Positions 10,442 to 19,630 of a stretch of 64,000 nucleotides of DNA are shown piece after piece. Under the pieces are notes generated by a model. It had not been told where the DNA came from. It was given only the letters and a program-made list of their open reading frames with translations, and did not search any database. Every line of letters starts with the position of its first letter. The stretch's first letter is position 1. This DNA is from a bacterium (GTDB lineage: Bacteria > Zixibacteria > MSB-5A5 > GN15 > FEB-12). Position numbers and translations under genes: made by a program. The DNA is taken from NCBI GenBank assembly GCA_043811375.1, contig JBDRNJ010000014.1, positions 32,001 to 96,000 on the forward strand, written 5' to 3'.

Positions 10442-11035
10442 CTATCCGGTCAGATCACTAATTCTCAGTATGGTAAACGTCGTATTGCCGTACTTACGGT
10501 GTTGCTCAATCTCGAATCCGGCGAAGTCGATTTTTGCAGTTTCCGAGGTGTCGTGCTGGCAGATAATCAGTCCCCCGGTGCTGACGATGTTGGTATCCTT
10601 CAGGAGAACCAGCGTGCGATCGATCAACCCCTGATATTGTGGCGGCGCCACCATCACGATGTCATACTTTCGCGTGCCGGCAGCAAGCCTTCTCACAGCT
10701 TCAAAGACGTCTTCAGCCAGGCAGGTCAACTGATCCGAAACTTCGAGTCTCCCGGCGTTACGATTGATCGTTTCAGCCAGTTTCGGGTCGACTTCCACAC
10801 CGAGCGCCACACCTGCTCCCCGCGATACCGCCTCAAACAAGTACGAACCGGTCCCGCTGAACAGGTCCAGGTAGCAGGCTGAGGAAAGGTAAGGCGCCAG
10901 AAAATCAAAGATAGCCCGGCGCAGGCGTGTCAGCGGAGGGCGCGTAATCCCGGTATTCGGGGCGGTTATGACTTTGCCCTTCAGCCGCCCGGCGACAACT
11001 TTGAACTTGAAATCCGATTGTTTTTTGATGCTCAT
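10442..11035 (-). CDS. rsmD: 16S rRNA m2G966 methyltransferase RsmD family
   Basis: KVVAGRLKGK, TRP, LDLFSGTGS, EAVSRGA, RKYG; NPPY-like motif reads APPQY. Confidence 0.85.
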   Translation of the reverse strand: MSIKKQSDFKFKVVAGRLKGKVITAPNTGITRPPLTRLRRAIFDFLAPYLSSACYLDLFSGTGSYLFEAVSRGAGVALGVEVDPKLAETINRNAGRLEVSDQLTCLAEDVFEAVRRLAAGTRKYDIVMVAPPQYQGLIDRTLVLLKDTNIVSTGGLIICQHDTSETAKIDFAGFEIEQHRKYGNTTFTILRISDLTG

Positions 11036-11192
11036 CAGCCGTAATGGTTGCCTGTTTTGCTTTGATTCCGGCGCAATATAGACGCCTCTTTTTGCTAATA
11101 AAAGCGCTTTCAACAGTCGACAACAAGGATAAGTGGAGAATTTTGTTGATTGGGACATCATTTCGACACCAACTTGAAGTATGCGGAGAAAG

Positions 11193-11843
11193 ATGAAACT
11201 GAAAATTGAAGAGACCGTCCCCGACTTCGATCATATCGAGCAGATGCTGGCGGAGAAAGGTTACCGGGCTGTTTGTGGTGTGGATGAGGTCGGTCGCGGC
11301 CCGCTGGCGGGACCGGTGGTAGCGGCCGCTGTAATCATCCCTCCCGACGTAGACCTTGAAGGTATCGACGATTCCAAAAAACTCTCAGCAGCACGCCGGG
11401 AGCAGTGGTTCGAGAGGATTGTCGAACTGGGTCTTCCCTGCGCAGTAGGCATCATCGACAACGAGGGCATCGACAAAATGAACATCCTCAAAGCTTCCCT
11501 GATGGCTATGCGCAAAGCCGTTATGGATCTGAAGCAATCGCCCGATTTTGTACTGGTCGATGGAGACTACCCCGTACCCAGGATAGACCAGCCGCAATAT
11601 GCCATCATCGGCGGTGATCGTCGCTGCCGCTGTATCGGGGCGGCTTCGGTGATGGCCAAAGTGACCCGTGATCGCATCATGGACCGCTACGAGGCATTGT
11701 ATCCTTCGTTTTCCTTTTCCCGGCACAAAGGCTATCCTACCCCCGCTCACCTGCAAGAGTTGCGAGAGCACGGACCCTGCGAAATCCACCGCCGGTCATT
11801 CAAGCCGGTAGCAGAACTGCTTGAGGAATATGCGCTCCTGTAA
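11193..11843 (+). CDS. rnhB: Ribonuclease HII
   Basis: GVDEVGRGPLAGPVVAAA, DSKKLS, AASVMAKVTRD, HKGY, HRRSF. Confidence 0.97.
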   Translation: MKLKIEETVPDFDHIEQMLAEKGYRAVCGVDEVGRGPLAGPVVAAAVIIPPDVDLEGIDDSKKLSAARREQWFERIVELGLPCAVGIIDNEGIDKMNILKASLMAMRKAVMDLKQSPDFVLVDGDYPVPRIDQPQYAIIGGDRRCRCIGAASVMAKVTRDRIMDRYEALYPSFSFSRHKGYPTPAHLQELREHGPCEIHRRSFKPVAELLEEYALL

Positions 11844-12213
11844 TGACAATCCGGAGAAACAGGATCACCGGGTACAAACCGGAAAAACCTTCGAACATCT
11901 GGCCGGCCGATTTTTCGTGCAAAACGGTTTTGAGATACTGGAGCGCAACTGGCGCACCGGCCATCGAGAGATTGACCTGATCGTCAAGAAGGACAATCTG
12001 ATAGTATTCGTCGAAGTCAAATCAGCCTCATCGCAGAAATTCGGCCATCCGGCCAACCGGGTTGACAACAAGAAAGTCGCCAATCTTACCCGCGCCGCAC
12101 AACAGTACCTGATTGATCACAGTATCGAGAATCACGATCTGCGCTTCGACGTGGTAACGTACGTGCAGGGGAAACTGGAACACTTCCCCAACGCTTTCCC
12201 GGCCGGCGAATGA
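11830..12213 (+). CDS. yraN: YraN family (UPF0102) endonuclease-fold protein
   Basis: ILERNWR, EIDLI, FVEVK, RFDV; follows rnhB. Confidence 0.92.
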   Translation: MRSCNDNPEKQDHRVQTGKTFEHLAGRFFVQNGFEILERNWRTGHREIDLIVKKDNLIVFVEVKSASSQKFGHPANRVDNKKVANLTRAAQQYLIDHSIENHDLRFDVVTYVQGKLEHFPNAFPAGE

Positions 12214-12236
12214 AACGGCGGAACCTTCCGTCCGGG

Positions 12237-12632
12237 TCAAAGCGAATCGTTTCGGCCGGCGGAGTCCGGGTGAACGAAATCAGTCACAGTTGACGACTGC
12301 CGGTCATTACCGGACAGGGAGTCAACGAACCGCTGGATCAGCCGAGTGAACCTTTCGTATTTCTCGGGGCGATCCCGGTACTGATCAAGATATTCGTGGA
12401 ACTGATCGACCGACAGCGAGTCGACAGCCAGCAGAGAATCCCGAAAAGCTGCATAACCGTCCGGATCGTCTCTCAATCGCGCCGAAGCCAACCAGGCATG
12501 CGCCACCACCAGGGCATAGAGGGAGCTCTCCTCGCGCTGGTGTTTATCGCTTATCCGATTATAGGTGACGTACCCCGCAATAATCGCGGGGATGATAAGA
12601 ATCGCCACCAGCCGTTTTATCCACAGTCCCAT
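12237..12632 (-). CDS. Membrane-anchored hypothetical protein, DUF4296-like
   Basis: N-terminal TM; RDSLL...FHEYLDQY...PEKY pattern resembles DUF4296. Confidence 0.6.
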   Translation of the reverse strand: MGLWIKRLVAILIIPAIIAGYVTYNRISDKHQREESSLYALVVAHAWLASARLRDDPDGYAAFRDSLLAVDSLSVDQFHEYLDQYRDRPEKYERFTRLIQRFVDSLSGNDRQSSTVTDFVHPDSAGRNDSL

Positions 12633-12647
12633 TTAATCAACTTTCCA

Positions 12648-12676
12648 TTGCCAGTTGCCGCCGGACTTCGTAAACT
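12648..12676 (+). promoter_or_regulatory. Sigma-70-type promoter for ispG
   Basis: TTGCCA-N17-TAAACT. Confidence 0.55.
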
Positions 12677-12711
12677 ATCGATCCGAGCCAAACAGGTCAA
12701 GAGATTACAGA

Positions 12712-13800
12712 ATGGAACTGCACTACCCCACTACGCGACGACACAGCCGAACGGTCAAGATCGGCCAGGTTCTTATCGGTGGCGGCTTTCCCATCGCCGT
12801 GCAATCAATGACCAACACCGACACCACCGACTGCCAGGCCACGGTTGCTCAGGCCGGGGCGCTTTTTGACGCCGGTTGCGATATCGTCAGGATGGCTGTC
12901 CCCAACGATGACGCCGCTGATCAACTGAGTGAAATTCGGCGCCAGGTCTCGCAGCCGCTGGTGGCCGACATCCACTTCCAGCATAAGCTGGCACTCAAAG
13001 CGATTGCCGCCGGGTTCGACAAAATTCGTATCAACCCCGGCAATATCGGGGCCGACTGGAAAGTTCGCGAAGTGGCCCGGGCCGCTCACGAGGCCGAGGT
13101 GCCGATCCGTATCGGCGTCAACTCCGGTTCGCTGCCGAAAGACTTGCTGGAAAAGTACGGCCATGACGATCCCGAAGCGCTGGTGCAGGCGGCTTTGCGC
13201 GAAGCTGCGATTCTGGAAGATATCGACTTCGGCAACATTGTCATTTCAGTCAAATCATCCAACACGGTTACGGCTTTCTGGGCCTATCATATACTGGCTG
13301 AAAGATGCGAATATCCACTTCACCTCGGCATTACCGAGGCTGGCGTTCTGGAGCCGGGTACTGTCAAGTCATCGGTCGGTATCGGCGCTTTGTTGCTGAC
13401 CGGTGTCGGTGACACCATTCGGGTCTCGTTGACCGCTGACCCAGTTCACGAAGTACGCGTGGCCCGTCAAATACTGGCCTCGTGTGAGATGAAAAAGGAT
13501 GGCGTCGATGTCATCTCCTGCCCCACCTGCGGCCGCTGTCAGATCGACCTGATACCGTTGGCGGAGTCTGTCACCGAAAAGACACGGCATATCAAGACAC
13601 GACTGAAAGTAGCTGTCATGGGTTGTGTCGTCAACGGTCCGGGAGAGGCCGCTGCGGCCGATATCGGCATTACCGGCGGCGATGGACGCGGCGCTATTAT
13701 CAAGCAGGGTGAGATCGTCAGACGGGTGGACGAGTCCGACCTGGAACAGGCGCTTCTTGATGAGATTGAATCAATGACCGGGGAGAGTATTCCGCGGTAG
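12712..13800 (+). CDS. ispG: HMBPP synthase (MEP pathway)
   Basis: VQSMTNT, ADIHF, RINPGN, HLGITEAG, CPTCGR, VMGCVVNGPGE. Confidence 0.97.
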   Translation: MELHYPTTRRHSRTVKIGQVLIGGGFPIAVQSMTNTDTTDCQATVAQAGALFDAGCDIVRMAVPNDDAADQLSEIRRQVSQPLVADIHFQHKLALKAIAAGFDKIRINPGNIGADWKVREVARAAHEAEVPIRIGVNSGSLPKDLLEKYGHDDPEALVQAALREAAILEDIDFGNIVISVKSSNTVTAFWAYHILAERCEYPLHLGITEAGVLEPGTVKSSVGIGALLLTGVGDTIRVSLTADPVHEVRVARQILASCEMKKDGVDVISCPTCGRCQIDLIPLAESVTEKTRHIKTRLKVAVMGCVVNGPGEAAAADIGITGGDGRGAIIKQGEIVRRVDESDLEQALLDEIESMTGESIPR

Positions 13801-13822
13801 GCTTCATCAGCAGAGACTCTGG

Positions 13823-13913
13823 CGGGTGGCTCACCGCTTGCGGTGAGTTTCTATTCCATCTTATACATTGATTGTAAGAAGAACTGTAAACGCACCCCAA
13901 GGGGTGCGCCACC
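13823..13913. repeat. 91-bp structured dispersed repeat, copy A
   Basis: Aligns end to end with 19310-19400; GGTGGC...GCCACC closing stem plus three hairpins. Confidence 0.85.
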
Positions 13914-14110
13914 AGCCGAAGATAGTAATTACAAATATATGTACGATCACATTTTTAACACAAGCGGTTTTCTACACAAGAAAAGCAGCTTAAAAGCAAG
14001 TTCAAGCCCCCCCGCATGTGCGTCTGTCACCTTCCCAGCAGAAAAAGTGGGTCGGGTTCCGCCGTGGCTGTTTTGTTGACTACCGGATAGTTGTCTCCGA
14101 TACTTACATT

Positions 14111-15436
14111 ATGCGGTTTGGATCAAAAAAGTTGCTTATCGCCGTAAGCCTGGTGCTGCTTTTGATCGTGCTGATCAACCTGTCCTGGTGGGTGTTTTAC
14201 CAGCGTACACTGCAGATACTGGACAGCCAACTGACCCGACGTCTGCTGGTCACGGCCAGGGCGGCAGCCGCAGCGTTACCGACCGGCAGCCTGGAGACGC
14301 TCACCTTAGGAGATTTGGATGCCTGGGTAGAGGTCAGCGATCTCCTGGAAAGAATCCGCGCTTCCGATTCACTGGCGGAACTGTTTGTCATCGATGACAA
14401 CTACTCGGTGCTGGTCAGCACTTCACTGGAACCCGACTCAACCTACTTTCTGGCTGAACTCAACGGCGTCTACATCGACTCGATCCTGTTCGGACACACC
14501 GACAAAGCTCTGGCCACGCCGGCCTACCGCACCGGCGACGTTTACCTGCGCTCGGCCTTTGCCCCTCTTTATGACAATGACGGCTACCTGCTGGCGGTGC
14601 TGGGCGTGGAAGCCGACGTCGATTACTTCGACGATCTGACTCAACTGCGCCGGAATCTATATTATTCGGGCGGGTTGTCGATCGCTGCCGGTGTCGTTTT
14701 TGGTCTGCTGTTTCTGTTCTACCAGCGCCGGATCAGCCGCGCAGAACAACATCTGTACCTGAGTGAGACGCACTCCTTCCTGGGACGGATGGTTGCCGTA
14801 GTGGCCCACGAGATAAAGAATCCCCTGATGATAATCCGCGCCTCGGCCGAGCGCCTGGGCAAAAGACACCGTGACGAGGAAAGCTCGTTTATCGTAGAAG
14901 AATCCGACCGGTTGGATGAAATAGTCACCGGCTATCTCGATTTCGCCGGCGGCGGCTCGGTCCTGTCGACCGACCGCCGGGAACAGGTCAACCTGGCGCA
15001 TCTCGTTGCCGGGGTCAGAAAAGTGTTGACGGAAAGATACACGGAGCAAACGATTGAATGGATCGAAGACACCTTACCCGATGAACTGGTCTTTGAAACC
15101 TATCATCGTTCATTGCGGCAGGTATTGGTGAATCTACTGAACAACGGTGTACAAGCCTGCCTGACGGCATCCCGTCCGGCGGCTGTCGGTATAACTTTCG
15201 AGATGAAGGATAATCAGGTTCTTATCCGCGTAATCGATCACGGACCGGGTATTGATAAGAAGGAACTGAAACGCATCTTCACACCGTTTTACACCACCCG
15301 GCAACATGGCTGGGGCCTGGGACTGTACCTTAGCAGGAAAATCATTGTTGAAATGGGCGGCGACCTGGCGGTTACAAGTCACAGCGGTCGCAAGACCGAA
15401 ATAACGATACGCCTGCCCAGAGAACAGAAGGAATAG
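14111..15436 (+). CDS. Two-component sensor histidine kinase
   Basis: Two TMs, H-box VAHEIKNPL, N-box NLLNNG, DHGPGI, FTPFYTT, GWGLGL. Confidence 0.95.
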   Translation: MRFGSKKLLIAVSLVLLLIVLINLSWWVFYQRTLQILDSQLTRRLLVTARAAAAALPTGSLETLTLGDLDAWVEVSDLLERIRASDSLAELFVIDDNYSVLVSTSLEPDSTYFLAELNGVYIDSILFGHTDKALATPAYRTGDVYLRSAFAPLYDNDGYLLAVLGVEADVDYFDDLTQLRRNLYYSGGLSIAAGVVFGLLFLFYQRRISRAEQHLYLSETHSFLGRMVAVVAHEIKNPLMIIRASAERLGKRHRDEESSFIVEESDRLDEIVTGYLDFAGGGSVLSTDRREQVNLAHLVAGVRKVLTERYTEQTIEWIEDTLPDELVFETYHRSLRQVLVNLLNNGVQACLTASRPAAVGITFEMKDNQVLIRVIDHGPGIDKKELKRIFTPFYTTRQHGWGLGLYLSRKIIVEMGGDLAVTSHSGRKTEITIRLPREQKE

Positions 15437-15439
15437 AGG

Positions 15440-16783
15440 ATGGCTCGAATTCTCGTTGTCGATGACGAACCGAAAATGACTTCGCTCATCTGCGGTACAC
15501 TGGAAGATGCCGGTCACAGTGTGACTACGACCGTTAAACCGACCGAGGCGCTTCAGTTGCTAAAGAAACATTCTTATGACATCGTGATCACCGACCTGTC
15601 GATGCCGGAGATTTCGGGTATGACGATTCTGGAAAACGCTCTCGAACAGGAAGGCACCGAAGTCATTATGATGACCGCCTACGGCACGGCCGAGACGGCC
15701 GTGGCAGCTATGAAAAAAGGCGCCGCCGACTATCTGCTGAAACCGTTCCCGCTCGATGAACTTCAACTGCTGGTGTCGAGGCTGGTCGAGAAACAACGGT
15801 TGCAGAACCTGTCGGGACATTACCAGCAAGTGATCCGCGAAGGTGTCTACGACACGTTCATTGGATCATCAAAAGCGGCGCAGTCTTTGCAAAACCTGCT
15901 GACCAAAGTGGCTCCATCTGACACCACGGTATTATTGACCGGTCGCTCGGGCACCGGCAAGGAACTGGCCGCAAGGATGATCCATGAGTTGTCCCGACGA
16001 ACCGACAACGCTTTTATCGCCGTCAACTGCGCCGCCCTGACGGAGACGCTTCTCGAATCCGAGATGTTCGGTCATGAGATGGGTGCTTTCACGGGAGCCG
16101 TCAAACGGAAACGGGGGCGCTTTGAACTGGCCGACCGGGGAACGATCTTTCTGGACGAAATCGGTGAAATGTCGGCCGGGTTGCAATCCAAATTGCTGCG
16201 GGTGCTGGAAGAACGTCGGCTGGTGCGCGTGGGAGGTGTTGATGAGGTAGATGTCGACGTGCGGGTGGTAGCGGCCACCAATCGCAATCTCAGAGAGGAT
16301 ATCGACGAGAGGCGATTCCGCGAAGACCTGTATTACCGATTGAATGTTTTTCCCGTAAGGATGCCCGATCTCGTCGAGCGCAGCGAAGATGTAATCGAAC
16401 TGGCGCAATACTTCCTGAAACGAACCAACTACCCGCACACCCGGTTATCCGCAGAGGTACAGCGACTCCTGCTGGAGTACGCCTGGCCGGGCAACATTCG
16501 TGAATTGCGAAACGCCATCGAACGGGCGACAATCCTGGCCGGCGATCAGCCTCTCGGAGTCGATGATTTTGCGCTGGAAAGTGGTGGTAGCGAACCCCTG
16601 GTGAAGGGTCAGCCAATGGGAGTAACTGCCCCGGTCGGTGGTCTGGAAAACACTGAGAAACAGATGATTTTAGACGCCCTTAAACAGAGCGGGGGTAATA
16701 AGACTGAAGCTGCCCGGTTGCTGAAAATAACCCGGCGGCGGCTGTACAGCCGAATGAAGGCTCACAATATACAGCCGCAATGA
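15440..16783 (+). CDS. Sigma-54-dependent NtrC/AtoC-type response regulator
   Basis: Receiver (VVDDE, TDLSMP), GRSGTGKE, GAFTGA, FREDLYYRL, WPGNIREL, Fis-type HTH. Confidence 0.96.
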   Translation: MARILVVDDEPKMTSLICGTLEDAGHSVTTTVKPTEALQLLKKHSYDIVITDLSMPEISGMTILENALEQEGTEVIMMTAYGTAETAVAAMKKGAADYLLKPFPLDELQLLVSRLVEKQRLQNLSGHYQQVIREGVYDTFIGSSKAAQSLQNLLTKVAPSDTTVLLTGRSGTGKELAARMIHELSRRTDNAFIAVNCAALTETLLESEMFGHEMGAFTGAVKRKRGRFELADRGTIFLDEIGEMSAGLQSKLLRVLEERRLVRVGGVDEVDVDVRVVAATNRNLREDIDERRFREDLYYRLNVFPVRMPDLVERSEDVIELAQYFLKRTNYPHTRLSAEVQRLLLEYAWPGNIRELRNAIERATILAGDQPLGVDDFALESGGSEPLVKGQPMGVTAPVGGLENTEKQMILDALKQSGGNKTEAARLLKITRRRLYSRMKAHNIQPQ

Positions 16784-16802
16784 GCGGCTGGGGCCACCCG
16801 GT

Positions 16803-16907
16803 TGTACCCCCTGGTACAGGAGGATGACACCAGACTTGAGGCACTATACGTAAGTTGTTATCTTGCTATAACTAACAATCACCAAGGTCGGTCGGCACGG
16901 AGTTTGT
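16803..16907 (+). promoter_or_regulatory. Putative enhancer palindrome and sigma-54 -24/-12 promoter
   Basis: TGTAC-N6-GTACA at 16803-16818; CGGCACG-N4-TTGT at 16893-16907 (consensus TGGCACG-N4-TTGC). Confidence 0.55.
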
Positions 16908-16945
16908 TGCGTATGTTGTCAGAACCTTTGATGGAGAATATGGAA

Positions 16946-17977
16946 ATGACAAAAAAGATATTGTTGAGCGTTGTTCTGGCAGGTCTGGTGATCGTAGTGG
17001 CCGCCCCGACACAGTCCCAGGCGCAAATGCAGATGGAGGGAGTCCAGCGGCAACTTGATAAAACCGACCAGATAATTGAGCAGGCAAAAGAGGCCGTCCG
17101 AACGGTCGATGCCCCGATGGCAGTTTATTCCGTGGAAAAGGCAGAGAACCTTCAACTGCAGGCATGGGACCATTTCCGCAAGCGACGAGGACTGATGGCG
17201 TATGAATTCTCTACCAAAGCAGAGGAACTGGCCAGAAAAGCCCTGGCGATCTGTCGCCTGACCGAGCAGGGAGAGACAGTTGTCCTGCGCCGGTTGGAAC
17301 GGGCGACGGAAGTGATGGAAAGAGCCCGTGACGCCATGCCGCCGGGACCCGATGGCAGACTGCGGACAATCTATGACTCAGCCCGGGATAATCTGCTTAA
17401 GGCTAAAGAATTCTATCGTGCCGGCAGCTACCGCCCCGCCCTCAAGCTGGCCCGACAGGTTGAAAAGGCCGCACGAGAAATCCTCGAAGTGGCCAACCGC
17501 AAGAAGCATCGAGAGGCCGAATTCGAGCGCCGCTATGAAGCCACGGGAGCCGTCATGGAACGGGCTCGTGAAACACTCGGTGACTGCAATTCGGCTGCGG
17601 CCGTTAACCTGATTGAGCAGGCGGAACAGACTTACCGGCAGTCGCACCAACATGCTCTCAAGGGCAGAACCGAGGTTGCCCTGCGAAACCTTCAGCAGGC
17701 TCGAACGATGGCCGTGGAAGCTGCCAGGAAATGCCAGAGATCCGGCACGATGGAACAGCAGCACGAGCGACTCACCCTGGAAGCTGATCATCTGGCAGAG
17801 CAGATCACCTCGGATAATGATGCCGCCCGGCGGTTGTTAAACAATGTTCATGAGCAGTTGCAACTGGCCGAAAACGCCATCGGCCAACAACAAACAGAAG
17901 CGACCACAGCTGCCCTGCGAGCCGCTCGGCTTATGCTCAATCAACTGAAATCCATGCTCACCGGCGACGGTCGCTGA
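16946..17977 (+). CDS. Exported all-helical protein with four ~75-80-aa repeats
   Basis: Signal peptide MTKKILLSVVLAGLVIVVAAPTQSQA; repeated three-helix pattern. Confidence 0.8.
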   Translation: MTKKILLSVVLAGLVIVVAAPTQSQAQMQMEGVQRQLDKTDQIIEQAKEAVRTVDAPMAVYSVEKAENLQLQAWDHFRKRRGLMAYEFSTKAEELARKALAICRLTEQGETVVLRRLERATEVMERARDAMPPGPDGRLRTIYDSARDNLLKAKEFYRAGSYRPALKLARQVEKAAREILEVANRKKHREAEFERRYEATGAVMERARETLGDCNSAAAVNLIEQAEQTYRQSHQHALKGRTEVALRNLQQARTMAVEAARKCQRSGTMEQQHERLTLEADHLAEQITSDNDAARRLLNNVHEQLQLAENAIGQQQTEATTAALRAARLMLNQLKSMLTGDGR

Positions 17978-17995
17978 CAAACTGATTGAGGCAGA

Positions 17996-19258
17996 TTGCG
18001 ATTGCGGGCACTTGGTATCGTTGCATTAACACTGGCGCTGGTGATCAGCCGATCCGATAAGTTGTGTGCGGATGACTTTGACATTCGAGCCGGGGTCGGG
18101 TACGATCTTATTTCTCAACGCTTCTTTCTCGATTCATTGGAAGGTACCGATTCCCTTCTGAGCAGTTGGGCATCGTCTGCCGATTATCTCGACGATCTCA
18201 AGGGACAATTTGCCGTGACCTGGTGGCCGGGAAGCGACCGGCGAACGGAACTGGCGGCCGGCTACGAACAGACGGCGGAGTTTATCAGGCTGCGTCTTTC
18301 CAACCGTAGTCGACTGACTCTCGGTCACACCCGGCTCGATCTCGACGGCGAGATGGAGCAGCGTCAACGCCACCGCGGAACGGCCGACTTCGGCGACACT
18401 TACCTCTCCGGCGCCCTGCGTGCAAAATTGACAACGCCGGTCAGTAAAACCACCTCGCTGGGTTTCCAGGTCCGGGGAGACGGCGTGAGTTTCCGCCGGC
18501 CGGCCGATTATAGTTACAACTACAGCCGCGTGGGTGGCAGGGTCTCGATGACAAAGTCACTGGCCGGCTTCTCTTTTGTCGATACCCGACTCTTTGTCAC
18601 CACCCGCCAGGTCCCGGACTCACTGCCGTTGAACTACGTGAACGCCGGTGTGGAAAGCTCACTGTTTGGATTCTTCGGTGACGTCGAGCTTGACCTGTTC
18701 GTCCGCCTGGAGAAAAAAGATTACAATAAACCGTCCGGCAAAGACGATTACACCCGCTTTGAAACCAATGCGCGCAGCAAGATCGATCTGGGCGCCGACT
18801 GGTTTGGCCGCCCTGAGACCGAGATAGAGTTGACCCGCTATAGTTCAACCGATCCAATCAACGCCGACTACAACCGGGTCGGCCTGGCGCTGATGTTTGG
18901 TCGTGAGTTCGATGGACTGACGATTGCCGCCGGGCCTGATCTGGAGTTTCACGAGGAACAGATGACCGATCTGCTCAACCCCGGAGATTTCACCGAGAAG
19001 GGGGTGCGAGTTGATTTTGACTACATGAGTTTCGATCGCCTGTTCTGTTCCATCGAATCGGTCACCGGTTTCCGTGATCTGACATACGATGACGATTGGC
19101 AGTCCGATTTCACTTTCCAGCGCCTAAATCTCATTACCGATACAAAGATGCTGTCGTCTGTCAGCCTGAGCGTACTGTTTTCCGCCGAATGGGAATGGCA
19201 CCCGCAGGAACGGTCGCAGGTTTATCTGCTTTCCTCCAGCCTCAACTATTCTTTCTAA
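17996..19258 (+). CDS. Putative outer-membrane beta-barrel protein
   Basis: Signal peptide, amphipathic beta-strands throughout, C-terminal LNYSF. Confidence 0.75.
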   Translation: MRLRALGIVALTLALVISRSDKLCADDFDIRAGVGYDLISQRFFLDSLEGTDSLLSSWASSADYLDDLKGQFAVTWWPGSDRRTELAAGYEQTAEFIRLRLSNRSRLTLGHTRLDLDGEMEQRQRHRGTADFGDTYLSGALRAKLTTPVSKTTSLGFQVRGDGVSFRRPADYSYNYSRVGGRVSMTKSLAGFSFVDTRLFVTTRQVPDSLPLNYVNAGVESSLFGFFGDVELDLFVRLEKKDYNKPSGKDDYTRFETNARSKIDLGADWFGRPETEIELTRYSSTDPINADYNRVGLALMFGREFDGLTIAAGPDLEFHEEQMTDLLNPGDFTEKGVRVDFDYMSFDRLFCSIESVTGFRDLTYDDDWQSDFTFQRLNLITDTKMLSSVSLSVLFSAEWEWHPQERSQVYLLSSSLNYSF

Positions 19259-19309
19259 GCCACGAACAGTGTGTTGAAAAAGTGTGTATCACGCTCAATT
19301 GCCGACAGA

Positions 19310-19400
19310 CGGGTGGCTCACCGCTCGCGGTGAGTTTCTGTTCCATTCTATACTCAGGTTATAGTAGGAACTGTAAACGCATCTCAAGAGGTGCGCCATC
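19310..19400. repeat. 91-bp structured dispersed repeat, copy B
   Basis: Same orientation and length as 13823-13913. Confidence 0.85.
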
Positions 19401-19440
19401 CCTGCCAAAAAAAGTGGCTTGCCACTGGCTTGCTTTTTCT

Positions 19441-19535
19441 GTCATTCCTGCGAAAGCAGGAATCCAGTTCTTGAGTGGTTGGTTCCTGAGGGATGTGCCA
19501 TGCCTCTGTCGGAACCACAAGGGGTTCCGACCTAC
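19441..19535. repeat. GTCATTCC-type palindrome plus a GTAG REP
   Basis: GTCATTCCTGC-GAAA-GCAGGAATCCAG (19441-19467); TGTCGGAACC...GGTTCCGACCTAC (19507-19535). Confidence 0.7.
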
Positions 19536-19630
19536 CAGACTTTTTTTTCGACGGCCTATGGACATCTGCCGGTCACAGATACACAAGGATTGTGATTGTG
19601 GAGCCACGTGGTGGCTTCTATATTTCACTA

